Shown here: piece after piece, positions 36,696 to 47,500 of the stretch
Layout of the letters: every line of letters starts with the position of its first letter
Position numbering within the stretch: the stretch's first letter is position 1
Source of the DNA: Callorhinchus milii
Lineage: Eukaryota
Assembly (NCBI RefSeq): GCF_018977255.1
Contig: NW_024704743.1
Coordinates: 53,880,001-53,944,000, forward strand
Direction of reading: 5' to 3'
DNA length: 64,000 nucleotides
Program-made: the position numbers and the translations under genes
Notes under the pieces: model-generated
What the model saw: only the letters and a program-made list of their open reading frames with translations
Databases searched by the model: none
What the model was told of the DNA's origin: nothing

Positions 36696-38620
36696 AAGTC
36701 AGAGATTTGACCAGAGCAGGGGGTGTGTGTGTTGGGGTAAGGGAGGGTGGAGGGCACGGAGGGTAGGGATAGAAGGGTAGCCAAAGGCACAGTCTAAGAG
36801 GAGGGGCTTGAGACATGCCTCGAAGGAGGTAAGGGAGGGAACAAGGCAAAGGGACTGTGGGATGGAGTTCAAAGGATGCGGACAGAGAGACTGAAGGCCC
36901 GACCGCTGATGGTGGGGCAGGTCGGGCAGGGGCCGTGGAGCAGGCCACAGCCTGCTGAGCAAAGGAAGCGGACAGGTTGATTTAGGGTTAGCAGGTCACA
37001 GAGGTAGGAAAGCGCAAGGCCATGGAGGGCCTTGAAGGCGAGGATGAGGAATTTGAACTCTATCCTCTGGGGGATGGGGAGCCAGTGGAGCCAAGCAACG
37101 GTGGGGATGATAGGGTCATGGAGCCTGGTGCGGGAGAGAACACCAGCTGTAGAGTTCTGAACGATCTGCAGCTTGTGGAGGGAAGATTTGGGAAGGCCGA
37201 CAAGCAGGGCATTGGCATAGTCGAGCCTGGATATGGTGAATGCATGGATGAAGTATTTCACCCACAAAATATACAGTCAAATTCATTTTACAGTATATTC
37301 TGTGAATCACTTTAAGACGTTGCAAAAACATAAGGTGTTGTATAAAATTGAAGGATTATTATTATTGTTAATTGATACCCAAGTAAAGTAAATTTGACTG
37401 TATATTTTGCGGCCTCAGTCTTGTTGACGTTCAACTGTAGAAAGTTAGCTCTCATCCTGGACTTGATGTCTGACAGATATCCTGTTAGGACAGCAGTGGT
37501 CCTGGAGTCGAGGTTGGAGACAGAAAGATAGAGGTGGGTGTCATCCACATACACGTGGAAGCTGACCTTATGTCTGCAGATGATGTCACCAAGAAGGAGC
37601 ATATAGATATTAAAGAGGAGGGAACCAAGGACAGAGCCTTGAGGAATCCCACACACAACAGTGTGGAGGCTGCAGAAGAAGCCGTTTGAGAAGACAAAGT
37701 GGAAATGGTGTGAGAGATACGATCTGAACCATTCAAGGACAGAACCTTGAAAGCTTAAGGGAGATGAGAGGCGGTGGATGAGGATAGAGTGGTCAGTGGT
37801 ATCAAAGGCAGCAGAGTGGTCAAGGAGAATGAGGAGACAGAGGGAGCCCTGGTCACAGATGGACAAAATGTCATTTGTCACTTTGACCAAAGCTGTTTCT
37901 ATGCTGTGGGCAGCACGGAAACCGGATTGGAGGGGTCCATACAGGGAGCAGCAGGAGAGAGAAGGAGCGAAGCAACAAATCATTCCGGGACCTTATAATA
38001 ATAATAATAATAATCCTTGCATTTGATATAGTGCTTTTCACGTCGGGAGGACGTCCCAAAGCGCTTCACAGAACACACTGTAAAGTGAATTGACTGTATA
38101 TTTGTGGGCGAACGCGGCAACCAATGTCCCACAAACAGTCGTAGATTGAAAATGATCAATTTATTATTGTTTTTGGTTTTGGAGGGATTATTATTAGGTG
38201 TGTGGAGTAAGGAAACTTGCCCAAGGTTTCGCCCTGCCTGGAATTGAACTCAGGTCTCTCGCTTGCAAAGCGAGTGCTCTAACCGCTGAGCTACAGGACT
38301 CCACAACCTTGGAAAGGAAAGGGAGGTTTGAGACGGGGCAGTAATTTGAGAGCAGGCATGAGTCCAAGGAAGATTTTTTGAGGATGGGAATGATGACGGC
38401 GGTTTTTAAGGGGGTGGGAATGGTGCCAGTGGACAGGGTGAGGCTGATGATGTCTGTGAGGAGAGGGGCAAGGAGGTGGAGCTGGGAGGTAAGGAGAGGG
38501 GTAGTGATGGGGCCAAGAGAGCAGGTGGTGGGTTTCATGTGGTTTATAACGGTGGTGAAAGAGGAAGGGGAGACAGGTTCAAAGGTGTGGTGTTCAATTG
38601 TCTTAAAGCCAAGGCCACAA
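36696..38620 (-). mobile_element. L2 LINE ORF2 (reverse transcriptase) pseudogenic fragment, interrupted by SINEs
   Basis: [50 protein letters not shown]. Confidence 0.93.
37995..38305 (-). mobile_element. young SINE inserted in L2 ORF2, 5-bp TSD ACCTT
   Basis: ACCTT at 37990-37994 and 38306-38310. Removing the insert restores the L2 frame NLPFLSKVPE. Confidence 0.92.
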
Positions 38621-39080
38621 GACAAAAGGAGGTTAAAATAGTTGAAATTGAAATACAGTAGGTAACGCCAAGTTTACAAGTATTTGCAAACTTATAAAAA
38701 ATTAGATTTTAAACAAAGGCAGATTTGAGGTCTTGTTTCTGAAATCTATTCCTGCTATAAAATCTCTGCAGGAAATGCTTCTCTGTGAAGAGACACCAAA
38801 ACAAACTAGTACATTTTGTGTTCCTGTAGATTATTCATAAAAGTAAAAACATTTTTATTTGAACAGTATTTCATTTCTTGGAATTTCAGTTATATAACAT
38901 GAAACGTTCCACTCTGTGAAATGGTATCAGGAAATGAGATAAAATGAGCTGTGGTTTCTCTGAACCATTTTGTCTTCTTCGTTTTAACTTAAAGATATTG
39001 AAATGAGAAAAGGCAATTTAGCCCATGAAACTCACTACCGCCAAAGATAAGCAAAAGCTACCTTTTCATAGACTCCATTG

Positions 39081-39450
39081 AATAATAATAATGATTTGAT
39101 ATAGTGCCTTATCACATGGTTGAGACATCTCAAAGCACTTCAAGAATATACTGTAAAGTGAATTGACTATATTTTGTAGGCAAAACGTGGCAGCTAATTG
39201 CACACAACAGTGTCCCGCAAACAGTTGTGGATGAGTGACCAAATTATTATTTATTTTAAAAAAATGAAAAGATTATTACACCAAAAAAGCAATTTGCCAA
39301 TCAATTAACAACCGGGTTCCCACTTACTGCTGGGTAAATAGAAGTGTGTGGAGTAAAGAAGCTTGCTTAAGGTTTCACTCTGCCCGGGAATCGAACCCGG
39401 GTCCTCTTGCTTGTGAGGCGAGTGGTCTAACCAGAATACTACAGGACTCT
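39081..39450 (-). mobile_element. SINE, long subfamily, full length
   Basis: Head (GGTTCGATTCC B-box on the minus strand), internal segment, tail. Confidence 0.87.
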
Positions 39451-40494
39451 ACATTTCCTGGGGATTTCATCTGAATGCTCGCAGAACCCCAAATAAATAA
39501 TAATAATAATAAGACAATTAAGCAAAAACATCTGAATATCTATTCATACAAACATGGCTTCCCTCTGTCCACTGACAATATTTGCACTCTCTTCCACCAC
39601 CCCCTCCCCCCAAAAAAAAGCCACACACATGCACACAGTTACACCAACATAGACTATCTCGTGGAACATTTGTTACAATAATCCTTGCATTTGACATAGG
39701 ACCTTAAACACAATGCTTCACATGATTTATTGTAGAGTTTATTGACTGGCAATTTGGTAGGTGAAATGTCCTATAAACATATAAGCAATGTCCTATAAAC
39801 AGCCCTGAAGTGAAATAATAACAATCCTTGATTTATATAGCACCTTATCACATCGTTGAGACGTCTCAAAACGCTTCACTGGATATATTATCAAGTGGAT
39901 TGACTGTGTATGTTGTGGGCGTACTCTTTTCGAGAAATGGATCTTTAACATTTACATGAAGACATCCACAAGTCAGCCTAAGCCGTGAGCTATAATTTCC
40001 ACTTTGCTCATTACAATTTTGACCTATTCTTACATTTGGTCATACTATTCGTCTATTTACTGACCGCTGAAGAAAAAAATCCCACTCCACTCCTGCTAAA
40101 AACGTTATGAATGCTTTTCATAAAAATTTCACAATTGACAAGTGTGCTTTCAGCCATTATGCCCCCAAACTGTGGAACTCCCTGACTCAATCTCTTTGCC
40201 TTGCCCTCCTTGCTTGCCTTCATATTACACCTGAAGACCTTCCCTTTGACCTTGCCTACAGTCACCACCCCTCTCTCCCCAGCTCATTGTTAAGTTCCGC
40301 CACTATACAGCGCTCCGAGATGCTGCCCTGTTGAAGGACGCTATATAAATGCAAGTTGTTGTATTGTCAAAAGCCGTCTAACATGCAATATTTGAAAATC
40401 AAATTTGTTGCGTTAATTATTTTGTAATGCAATACTATATTGTATTAATATGTATTATATATATTAAGCTATAGTTAATATAAGATCCCCACAC

Positions 40495-40848
40495 TTGTGT
40501 TCAAATCTCTTCACTCCCTGGCATCTCCCTATCTCTCCGACCTCCTCACTCCCCAATCTACCACCCGGCGCCTCGGCTCGATTGGAACCGGCCTCCACAC
40601 CCTCCGTCCCACCATCGAAGTTCACACTTTCAGCCACTGTGCCCCGAAACTCTGGAATACTCTCCCTCAATCCCTCCGCCTTGCCGCCTCTCTCCCCTTT
40701 TTCAAGTCCCACCTGAAAACCTTCCTCTTCCACCATGCTTACGGTCACCTCTGGCCCTCCCTGGCTTGGAGTCAGGCTCCACCACTGTTAAGTACTCTGA
40801 GACGCTACCCTGTGTGGAGGGTGCTATATAAGTGCAAGTTGTTGTTGT
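40495..40848 (+). mobile_element. L2 3' end of a second L2 lineage; a similar fragment lies at 40140-40365
   Basis: FKSLHSLASPYLSDLL..APKLWNTLP..FKSHLKTFLF. Tail GAGACGCTACCCTGTGTGGAGGGTGCTATATAAGTGCAAG(TTG)n. Confidence 0.85.
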
Positions 40849-41096
40849 AATAATAATCCTTGCATTTGATATAGCGCCTTATTATGTCTTCGAGACGTCA
40901 CAAAGCGTTTCAGAATATAGTGTAAAGTGAATTGACTGTATACTTTGTGGGTGAAACGCGGCAGCTAATTACTTACTGCTAGGTAAACAGAAGTGTGTGG
41001 AGTAAAGAAACTTGCCTAAGGTTTTACTGCCCTGGAATCAAACCCAGGTCCTCTCGCTTGCGAGGTGAATGCTCTAACCGCTAAGCTACAGGACTT
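40849..41096 (-). mobile_element. SINE with internal deletion, tail-to-tail with an L2 3' end
   Basis: Head and tail present, Deu core partly missing. Confidence 0.82.
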
Positions 41097-43100
41097 AAAG
41101 CAGAAAGCGTCACCATATTTTAGAGGAAATAATGCAGACATAAGAGAAATGAGAATAGGGAGGTGTGGAAGAGGGGATTAGGAGGAGTGGAGGCTTGTGT
41201 GGAGTATAAACACCAGCAGTTGAGTTGACCTGTTTGGCCTGTTTCCGTGTACTCCGGGACACTCCCCTGTGTGAAGGACGCTATATAAATACAAGTAGTT
41301 GTTGTTGTTATTGAAAATTCCAAACCCCTCTCCACCCCACCATCAATGGAACAAGCGCTATGGGACGTCCTCCCGACGTGAAAAGCGCTATATCAAATGC
41401 AAGGATTATTATAAGGATTATTATGTGCTTTCAGCCACTATGTCCCAAATCTTTGCCTCAATCCCTCCTCCTCTCTTCATCTATCTTTAACAATCCAACT
41501 CCCCCTTTCCCTTGTTCGGTGCCCAACCCTGCCATCTAAGATGCAATCCTGCAATCCTCCAAGGGTGCCACATAAATGCAGGTAGCTGTTATAATTCTGT
41601 ATGACCTGGATTCCCCAGCAACTTGTCTCTCTGGTTGATGTGGTGCACACATTTGACAGTCTCCAACACTCTTCCTACTTGTTTTGGCAGAATATTGCCA
41701 TTCAGAACTTAAGTGAGTGGAAAAAAATATTGAGACATTATCCAGTTCTCTGTCAATTCCTCCTAAGTGAGACCCTGAAAAAGATGCCTTGATTGAAGTT
41801 TCCTCTCCTAAAGGATATGAGGAAAGAGCTGAAAAGTAGGTTTAATAAGGGCAATTTAAAAGAACTTGAAAAGTAATAATAATTTAAAAGAGTAATAATC
41901 ATAATAATAATCTTTACACTTAGAACAAAATGATGAGTTGAATGGCCTCCATCTGTGCTGAAAAATTTCCATTTCTTTCTCTCAAATTGTACTGTTGTAG
42001 ACAAGTAGACTATTGTTTGTGGCAATAGGGGAGGGCTGAGACAAAATAAAATGGGAGGCCAGTTTGATAAGACACCTGGAGGAATCTTTCATACTTTGGA
42101 GCTGATTCTCACACTTCTAGAAGCAGCAATACCACCTTGTGCTGCTGCCAGTTAGATATAACACAAAATGACAGTAAAACCCATTTGTAATAGATTAGCT
42201 TAGCACTGTAATCACAGCATAAAAATTCCTAGCACAAGTGGGCTGAATAAGGAAGGTACACAATGCAATTTGAGAAATCTGGAAATGCAGCTACAATACT
42301 TTCAAAAAATAAAACAACATAAATTGCAGTTACAAAATGAAAAAAACAAAGTGAAAACTTCAGAAACTACAAACACATCTGTCTCTGGATCTCTTGTGTG
42401 AATACAATACCGGCAGATGTAAAGTTGGAAGTTTGACATAAGTTTTCATTGCGATCTTGCCAAAACCTGCCACTATGCAGTGTTCCGAGATGTTATCCTC
42501 TGCGAAGGGCAGTAAGTAAATGCAAGTTAGAACCATGGAAATTTATGGTACAGAAGGCCATTGTGTCTGCCTTTGTTCCTGTAAGAGCAACCCTCTCACT
42601 CACATTCACCTGGCCTTTCCTTAAATCTCTCTAGTTTACTCATTTCAAGGTATTTTAAGCTGTTTGTGAAAAACAAAATGGATTGGTCCTCAACCATCGC
42701 TCCCAGCAGGGCATTCCATATCCTCCTGACTCAGTGCATAAAAAGTTATTGCTGTTAAATAATAATTTTTAGAAACATAATCCTTAGTTGGCATAGTGCC
42801 CTGGCGGCATCAATTTTTTCACTGGATTTACTGTAAAGTGCAGTAACTGTGTTTGTAGGCAAAATTGTTGACTGAAGGAAGCGAAACATCTCTGCGCAGG
42901 TGGGTCGGAGTTAAGTGCAGTAAATAAGGTGAACTGGAGGAGTGGGTTTAAACTCGGGTCATCAGTGAGAGTACACCAGTGACAAAAGTTTCTCTGCTCC
43001 TATCCTCCCTCCCAGATCCCACCCAGTGCAGTGAGAGCAGCCAGTGAGCACTGCCTGCCTTTACCCGCCAAACACAGGGATGCGCCTTCCCCCTCCACCA

Positions 43101-43385
43101 TCTTCTATATACTAATAAAGATAAAATGTCTGTTTGTCTGTCTGTTTCCCAAGAACGCAATAACCAGTTGATGTAGAGACATGATTTATACCTCATCAGA
43201 AAGGTCTTGCATGGGGGAGTGTCATGGGCATATGTTTTCTCCAGGATCTCCTATCGTTGATGAGCTATATTTAAAAAATGCTTTAATTAAGCCCCAAAAT
43301 ATGAGGTTTGCATGGTATTTTGCAACAAAGTAGCAACAGAGGAAATCACACACCCTTCTAGAGAGATTATATTAATATATTAGTA
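43101..43385 (+). mobile_element. candidate non-autonomous Helitron
   Basis: A|TCTTCTATATACTAATAAAG 5' end followed by a (TGTC/TGTT)n tract, typical of Helitron-derived elements. The 3' end is uncertain (CTAG at 43358-43361). Confidence 0.4.
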
Positions 43386-43460
43386 TATAAATATAGATAT
43401 ATGTGAGAAAAGCTGTATCCTAAACAAGCTCAACACACAGGTATGCACTTAAACAAGGAG

Positions 43461-43545
43461 ACCTCCCAACAGGAGTCCTGTCACATGAGTCCTCCCAAGC
43501 AACAGTCTTCCCACAGAAGTCCTCCCACAGGAGTCCTCCCAGATG
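43461..43545. repeat. short degenerate minisatellite, ~14-nt unit GAGTCCTCCCACAG, about 6 copies
   Basis: Recurrent AGTCCTCCCA / AGTCTTCCCA units. Confidence 0.7.
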
Positions 43546-43889
43546 AATGTAGATAAAGACGAAATGTCGGTCTGTGTCAATCTACATCCCATATTGGATC
43601 CTTTGGTTGCAAGCGAAGCTGCGACGTTATATATATATATATGCACAAGGGGAAAGAGAATTTGTGGGGGGGTGGAGATTCACCAGATAAGCACAGTCCA
43701 GCGACCCTGAGTGTTGCACTGAGCTGACAATCTGCACAAACCAAAATACACTCTGTCGCCCAAAGTCCATCAATCACGAGCCCCAAATAGCCCAATATCA
43801 TGAGCTGCCCCAGTGGGAGGATCAGCAGATTAACCGATTTAGGGTTCGGTGCTTTAGAAACTCGTAAGAAAAGATCTTCCAGTGGTGGT

Positions 43890-43921
<32 letters not shown>
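43890..43921 (+). repeat. poly-G tract (32 G)
   Basis: Direct reading. Homopolymer length may be a sequencing artefact. Confidence 0.85.
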
Positions 43922-43922
<1 letters not shown>

Positions 43923-44131
43923 GGGAGGTGCAGCTTTCATTTTTTTTTGAATGATGCACCCGCCCCCACCTGCTTTTTTCTTCCCCGCACAGCAACACCA
44001 AAAGAAACCGCCCAACTGGGCGTGAGAGCAGCATTGCAGGGGTTTAAATCCCATGTGTGTGTGTGTTTTTTTTTTAAAAAATGAGGCGCCCGCCCCAAAA
44101 GCGGGTGTTTATCCCACCCACCACGGACACC

Positions 44132-44221
44132 AGAGAGAGAGAGAGAGAGAGAGAAAATAAAAGCCCGACACAAAATGGGGCGCGCGAGAGAGAGAGCGCG
44201 AGAGAGAGAGAGAGAGAGAAG
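44132..44221. repeat. two (GA)n microsatellites in the promoter
   Basis: GAGA runs at ~44132-44154 and ~44186-44220. Confidence 0.85.
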
Positions 44222-44560
44222 AAAAAAAGTTCGGGCGTTTCATTCAACTTAAAACGCTGTAATTTCAACTCGAACTCAAAAAAAAAACAGCCCAATTGGG
44301 CGTGAAAAACGCCCAAACTTGGCCGCACTGAGGGGACGGGGGGACGGGGGGGAGTGGACACGTGTAGCGCGGGGGCGGCGCGCGGCGCCACCCGACCCCT
44401 CCCCACTCCCGGGATTGGAACGCTCGCCATTGTCCCCGGGAAGTTCCATTCCATCTCCTGCCCTCGTTACTGCCGCGCGAGACTCGGGCAGTCAGTCAGT
44501 GAGTCAGTGAGTCAGTCAGTGAGTGAGTGACCCAATTCCCGGGACATTTAAGCTGCAGCG

Positions 44561-44569
44561 ATGGAGCCG
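44561..44569 (+). CDS. CDCA7L: CDCA7L coding exon 1 (MEP)
   Basis: GCAGCG-ATG-G in good Kozak context inside the CpG island, followed by a phase-0 GTGAGT donor at 44570. Human CDCA7L also has a very short first coding exon (from memory). Confidence 0.8.
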
Positions 44570-47500
44570 GTGAGTGAGAGCTGCAGCTTTGACTCTCTGC
44601 ATTGTCTTTATATCTATCTATATATATATATGTGTGTGTGTGTGTGTGCAATTTTTTTTAAATCTCTCTCAAAGACTTTTCTGCTTCTTCACCAGCAGCT
44701 TCTCCCCTCCTCCTCCCTCCCTCCCTCCCCCCGTGTTATGTACACAGACGGCGCCTCTCCCCTCTCCCCGGGGCTCGGGGGGGGGGCTGCTCGTTGCTTT
44801 GGCGCCAAACCTCGCACACCGCGCTCAGCGGCCGCCGCGAACACTCCTCCTGGTGTTTCGCTCTCGGGTTCGCCTTTCCGTCCCTCCCCACTCCCACTCC
44901 TCCCCTTCCCGCTTTTGCACGACCCGAGCGCGAAGGCTGCGACGCGTTGAACGCGCTGGAGAGGCGTTTTTTTTTTGGGGTGGGTGGGTGGGTGGGGGGT
45001 GAAAAACACGGTGAGGGTGCAATCCTCGCATCACTTCTTTTGAAAAGAAAAAACTCCTGTGTTTTGCTGCTGTTCCCTGAGGTTCCCGAACCCGACGTTT
45101 TGATTCGAAAAGGGGTCACATTTCCACCGACCCTTTTGCTGCTCACGTTTGTGTTGCACCACTTGAGCGATGCCCTTTAAAAAGGCCCTAATTTAATGGT
45201 AAACTTCCACCCGCACCGCACCACCGCACCGCACCGCACGGCTGTCGGGGATGGTTTCGCAGATGTAAACAAAACTTTTGCGGTCAACGCGTAAACATTT
45301 ATCACCTGACAATCGCACACGTGCCCCCAAACACCCACACTATCTGCAGCTCTCACTCACTGTGTTCATCCTGTACATGTGTGCGTTATACACTCCCAAC
45401 AACTGAACCAGTCAGGAGTGGTTTCAAAGGGCGCCATTTAAAGTACCTTTTATTTGCTTACAAAGTACTCTCTGATGCAGCTCACCTTTTGCTTTCAAAT
45501 CTGCATGTTTTAGGGGTACTTTTACAGTGCCTTCACATTTTAAACATTGCTCTTCTCTAAGGTGTGTTCACAGCTGTCGGGCGGAGTTAAAAATGCAATG
45601 GACATATTGTGCAGTTCAGTTTGCTCAAACCCACAAGGCAGTCTGGAGATCATTTGGTATATTTTCATTTCTCCTTCAATTCTACCCACTGCTCCGCCTT
45701 CTCCGAAGGTAGTGGCTTTATGCTGTATAGCTCCATGGGTGCGGGGTACCCCCAACCACTTTGTCACACTGTTCTAATGGTGGTGTGGGGAAGAGGGACC
45801 ATCATAAGTTGTGCACAGCTTATTTTTTGTAAAATCTTATTTTACAGATGCTAAAAATAGTGGCAGATGTTTTTAATACACCAAGTGATGATGAGTTCAT
45901 GGGTTTTGAAGAGGCAGATTTTGGCGAAAGATGTGACCATGTTGACTCTAAGAAATCAAGCCAGAATGTAAGTAACCCCATATGGAGAAAATATCTTCAA
46001 AAAATGGTTTTGCAGAGGAAGCTAATTGAGGTTTTTAAAATTCTGAATTGACTTTGATAGAGTATGTAGAGAGACTATTACTACTTTAACTCTCCAGGGC
46101 ATTATTTGAGGATTATCACCAGAAACAACAACTTGCATTTATATGATGCCCATCATGCGGGGTAAAACATCCCGAAGCATTAGAATGTAGTTTGACGTGG
46201 AGCCCGGGAGAAAGGGTAGGCGACCATAGGTACGGTCGAAGAAGAAAGTCTTCTGAAGAAAATGGGGAAGTTAAAGCAAAAAATTCAAGTGTATTCTTAC
46301 AAGTGGAACACGAATATCTGTTGAAGCCAAGTTTATAAACATTATCTATAGGGCAATTTAAACAAATGCTTGGAAAATATTTGATGTGAGGAACGAGTAA
46401 GCAGATAGAACAATAATACTCATTTGATACAGCACCTTTCATGTTGGGAGCTCAAAGTGCTTAACGTTTTTTTAAGTTAGTGCCAGCGTTGTGAACACGG
46501 CAGCTAATTTGTGAACAAAGAGCAATGAAGTGGACGACCAATTTTACCTGGGGGATTGTCAGACAGGGCACCGGAAAACTTCTTTCGAGTAGATCAATCG
46601 GGTCTTTATCAACCACTTGGACAGGCAGACCGGATCTTGGTTTAACATCTCAACCAAAAGGTGGCACGTTCAACAATGCAGCACACTCCCAGCACTGCAT
46701 CGGAGTGTCAGACTATGAGTAGAACCAAGTAACTCCAAATAACAACAATAATTACATTTGTATACCACCTTGCATGTCAGGAGGACATCCTAAGGTGCTG
46801 GATTGTCTGGGATTTGGACCCAAGCTGGGGGTTGGGATCAGGAGGGGTGGAGGGCAGGGAGGGTAGGGGTAGGAGGATGAATAAGAATAGATAGTTCCAG
46901 TGGGAGAACGAGAACAAGTGGCAGTTCAGGCTGAATGCGAGGTTTAATGCCTTGCTGCCTGTTTGACTGAGATCAGCAATGGACCATGTGTTGAACTGTC
47001 TGTTTCATACTGGGCAGTGACTGATCTTTAGAAAAACTAGTTGATTGTTGTATTTAAACATATTGGAACTGTTCAGTTCAGTCCAGTCACTGTGCTGCTT
47101 TCTTCCTCAGATTCCAAAATTGTTCGCAGATATCTTCAGTGCACAGAGTGATGAAGAGTTTATGGGTTTCGAAGAGGCTGATTTTAGAGAAGAATGTTTT
47201 GCCAAACTTGTAAGTAGTCCAGAAAATGCACTTTTCATAAGAATGTGTTTTTGTTTAATTAGCATAATATTTTGAAAAATATTGTGTGGAAATATTCTTC
47301 AATATTCTCAATCCCTATCCTAAATATATAGAATTTTGTATCTTTGCTTCCTATTTTCTTATGGTCCATTCTTGAGTTTGAAAATGTGGTCATCTATGTT
47401 TGCTCTGTATTGCTCTTGGTTATGCCAGAATCTGCGAGGTGGCATAAACTGGGAAGACCTTGTCTATAATAGCAGTTATATTGCCACGTGAATAGAGTTA

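Larger units (their letters stand above)
43900..45330 (+). promoter_or_regulatory. CpG island promoter / first exon / 5' intron of CDCA7L
   Basis: Abrupt rise in GC and CpG against a CpG-depleted background. Contains GC boxes, CACGTG E-boxes at 44359-44364 and 45318-45323, and a CCAAT palindrome at 44290-44301. Confidence 0.85.

Noticed and set aside
37312..37983. 223-aa ORF with RT motifs, considered as a possible domesticated RT or retron-like gene
   Set aside because: It is an ordinary L2 ORF2 fragment with altered catalytic-region residues (LDHS, YVDD), flanking stops and SINE interruptions.
1..43000. Expected 3' exons of the syntenic neighbour RAPGEF5
   Set aside because: I could not find RasGEF-like coding segments with splice sites. 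Small exons could have been missed without a tBLASTn search.
44074..45180. Cluster of 100-140 aa ORFs on both strands in the CpG island
   Set aside because: Stop-poor GC-rich and microsatellite sequence giving low-complexity translations with no family resemblance.
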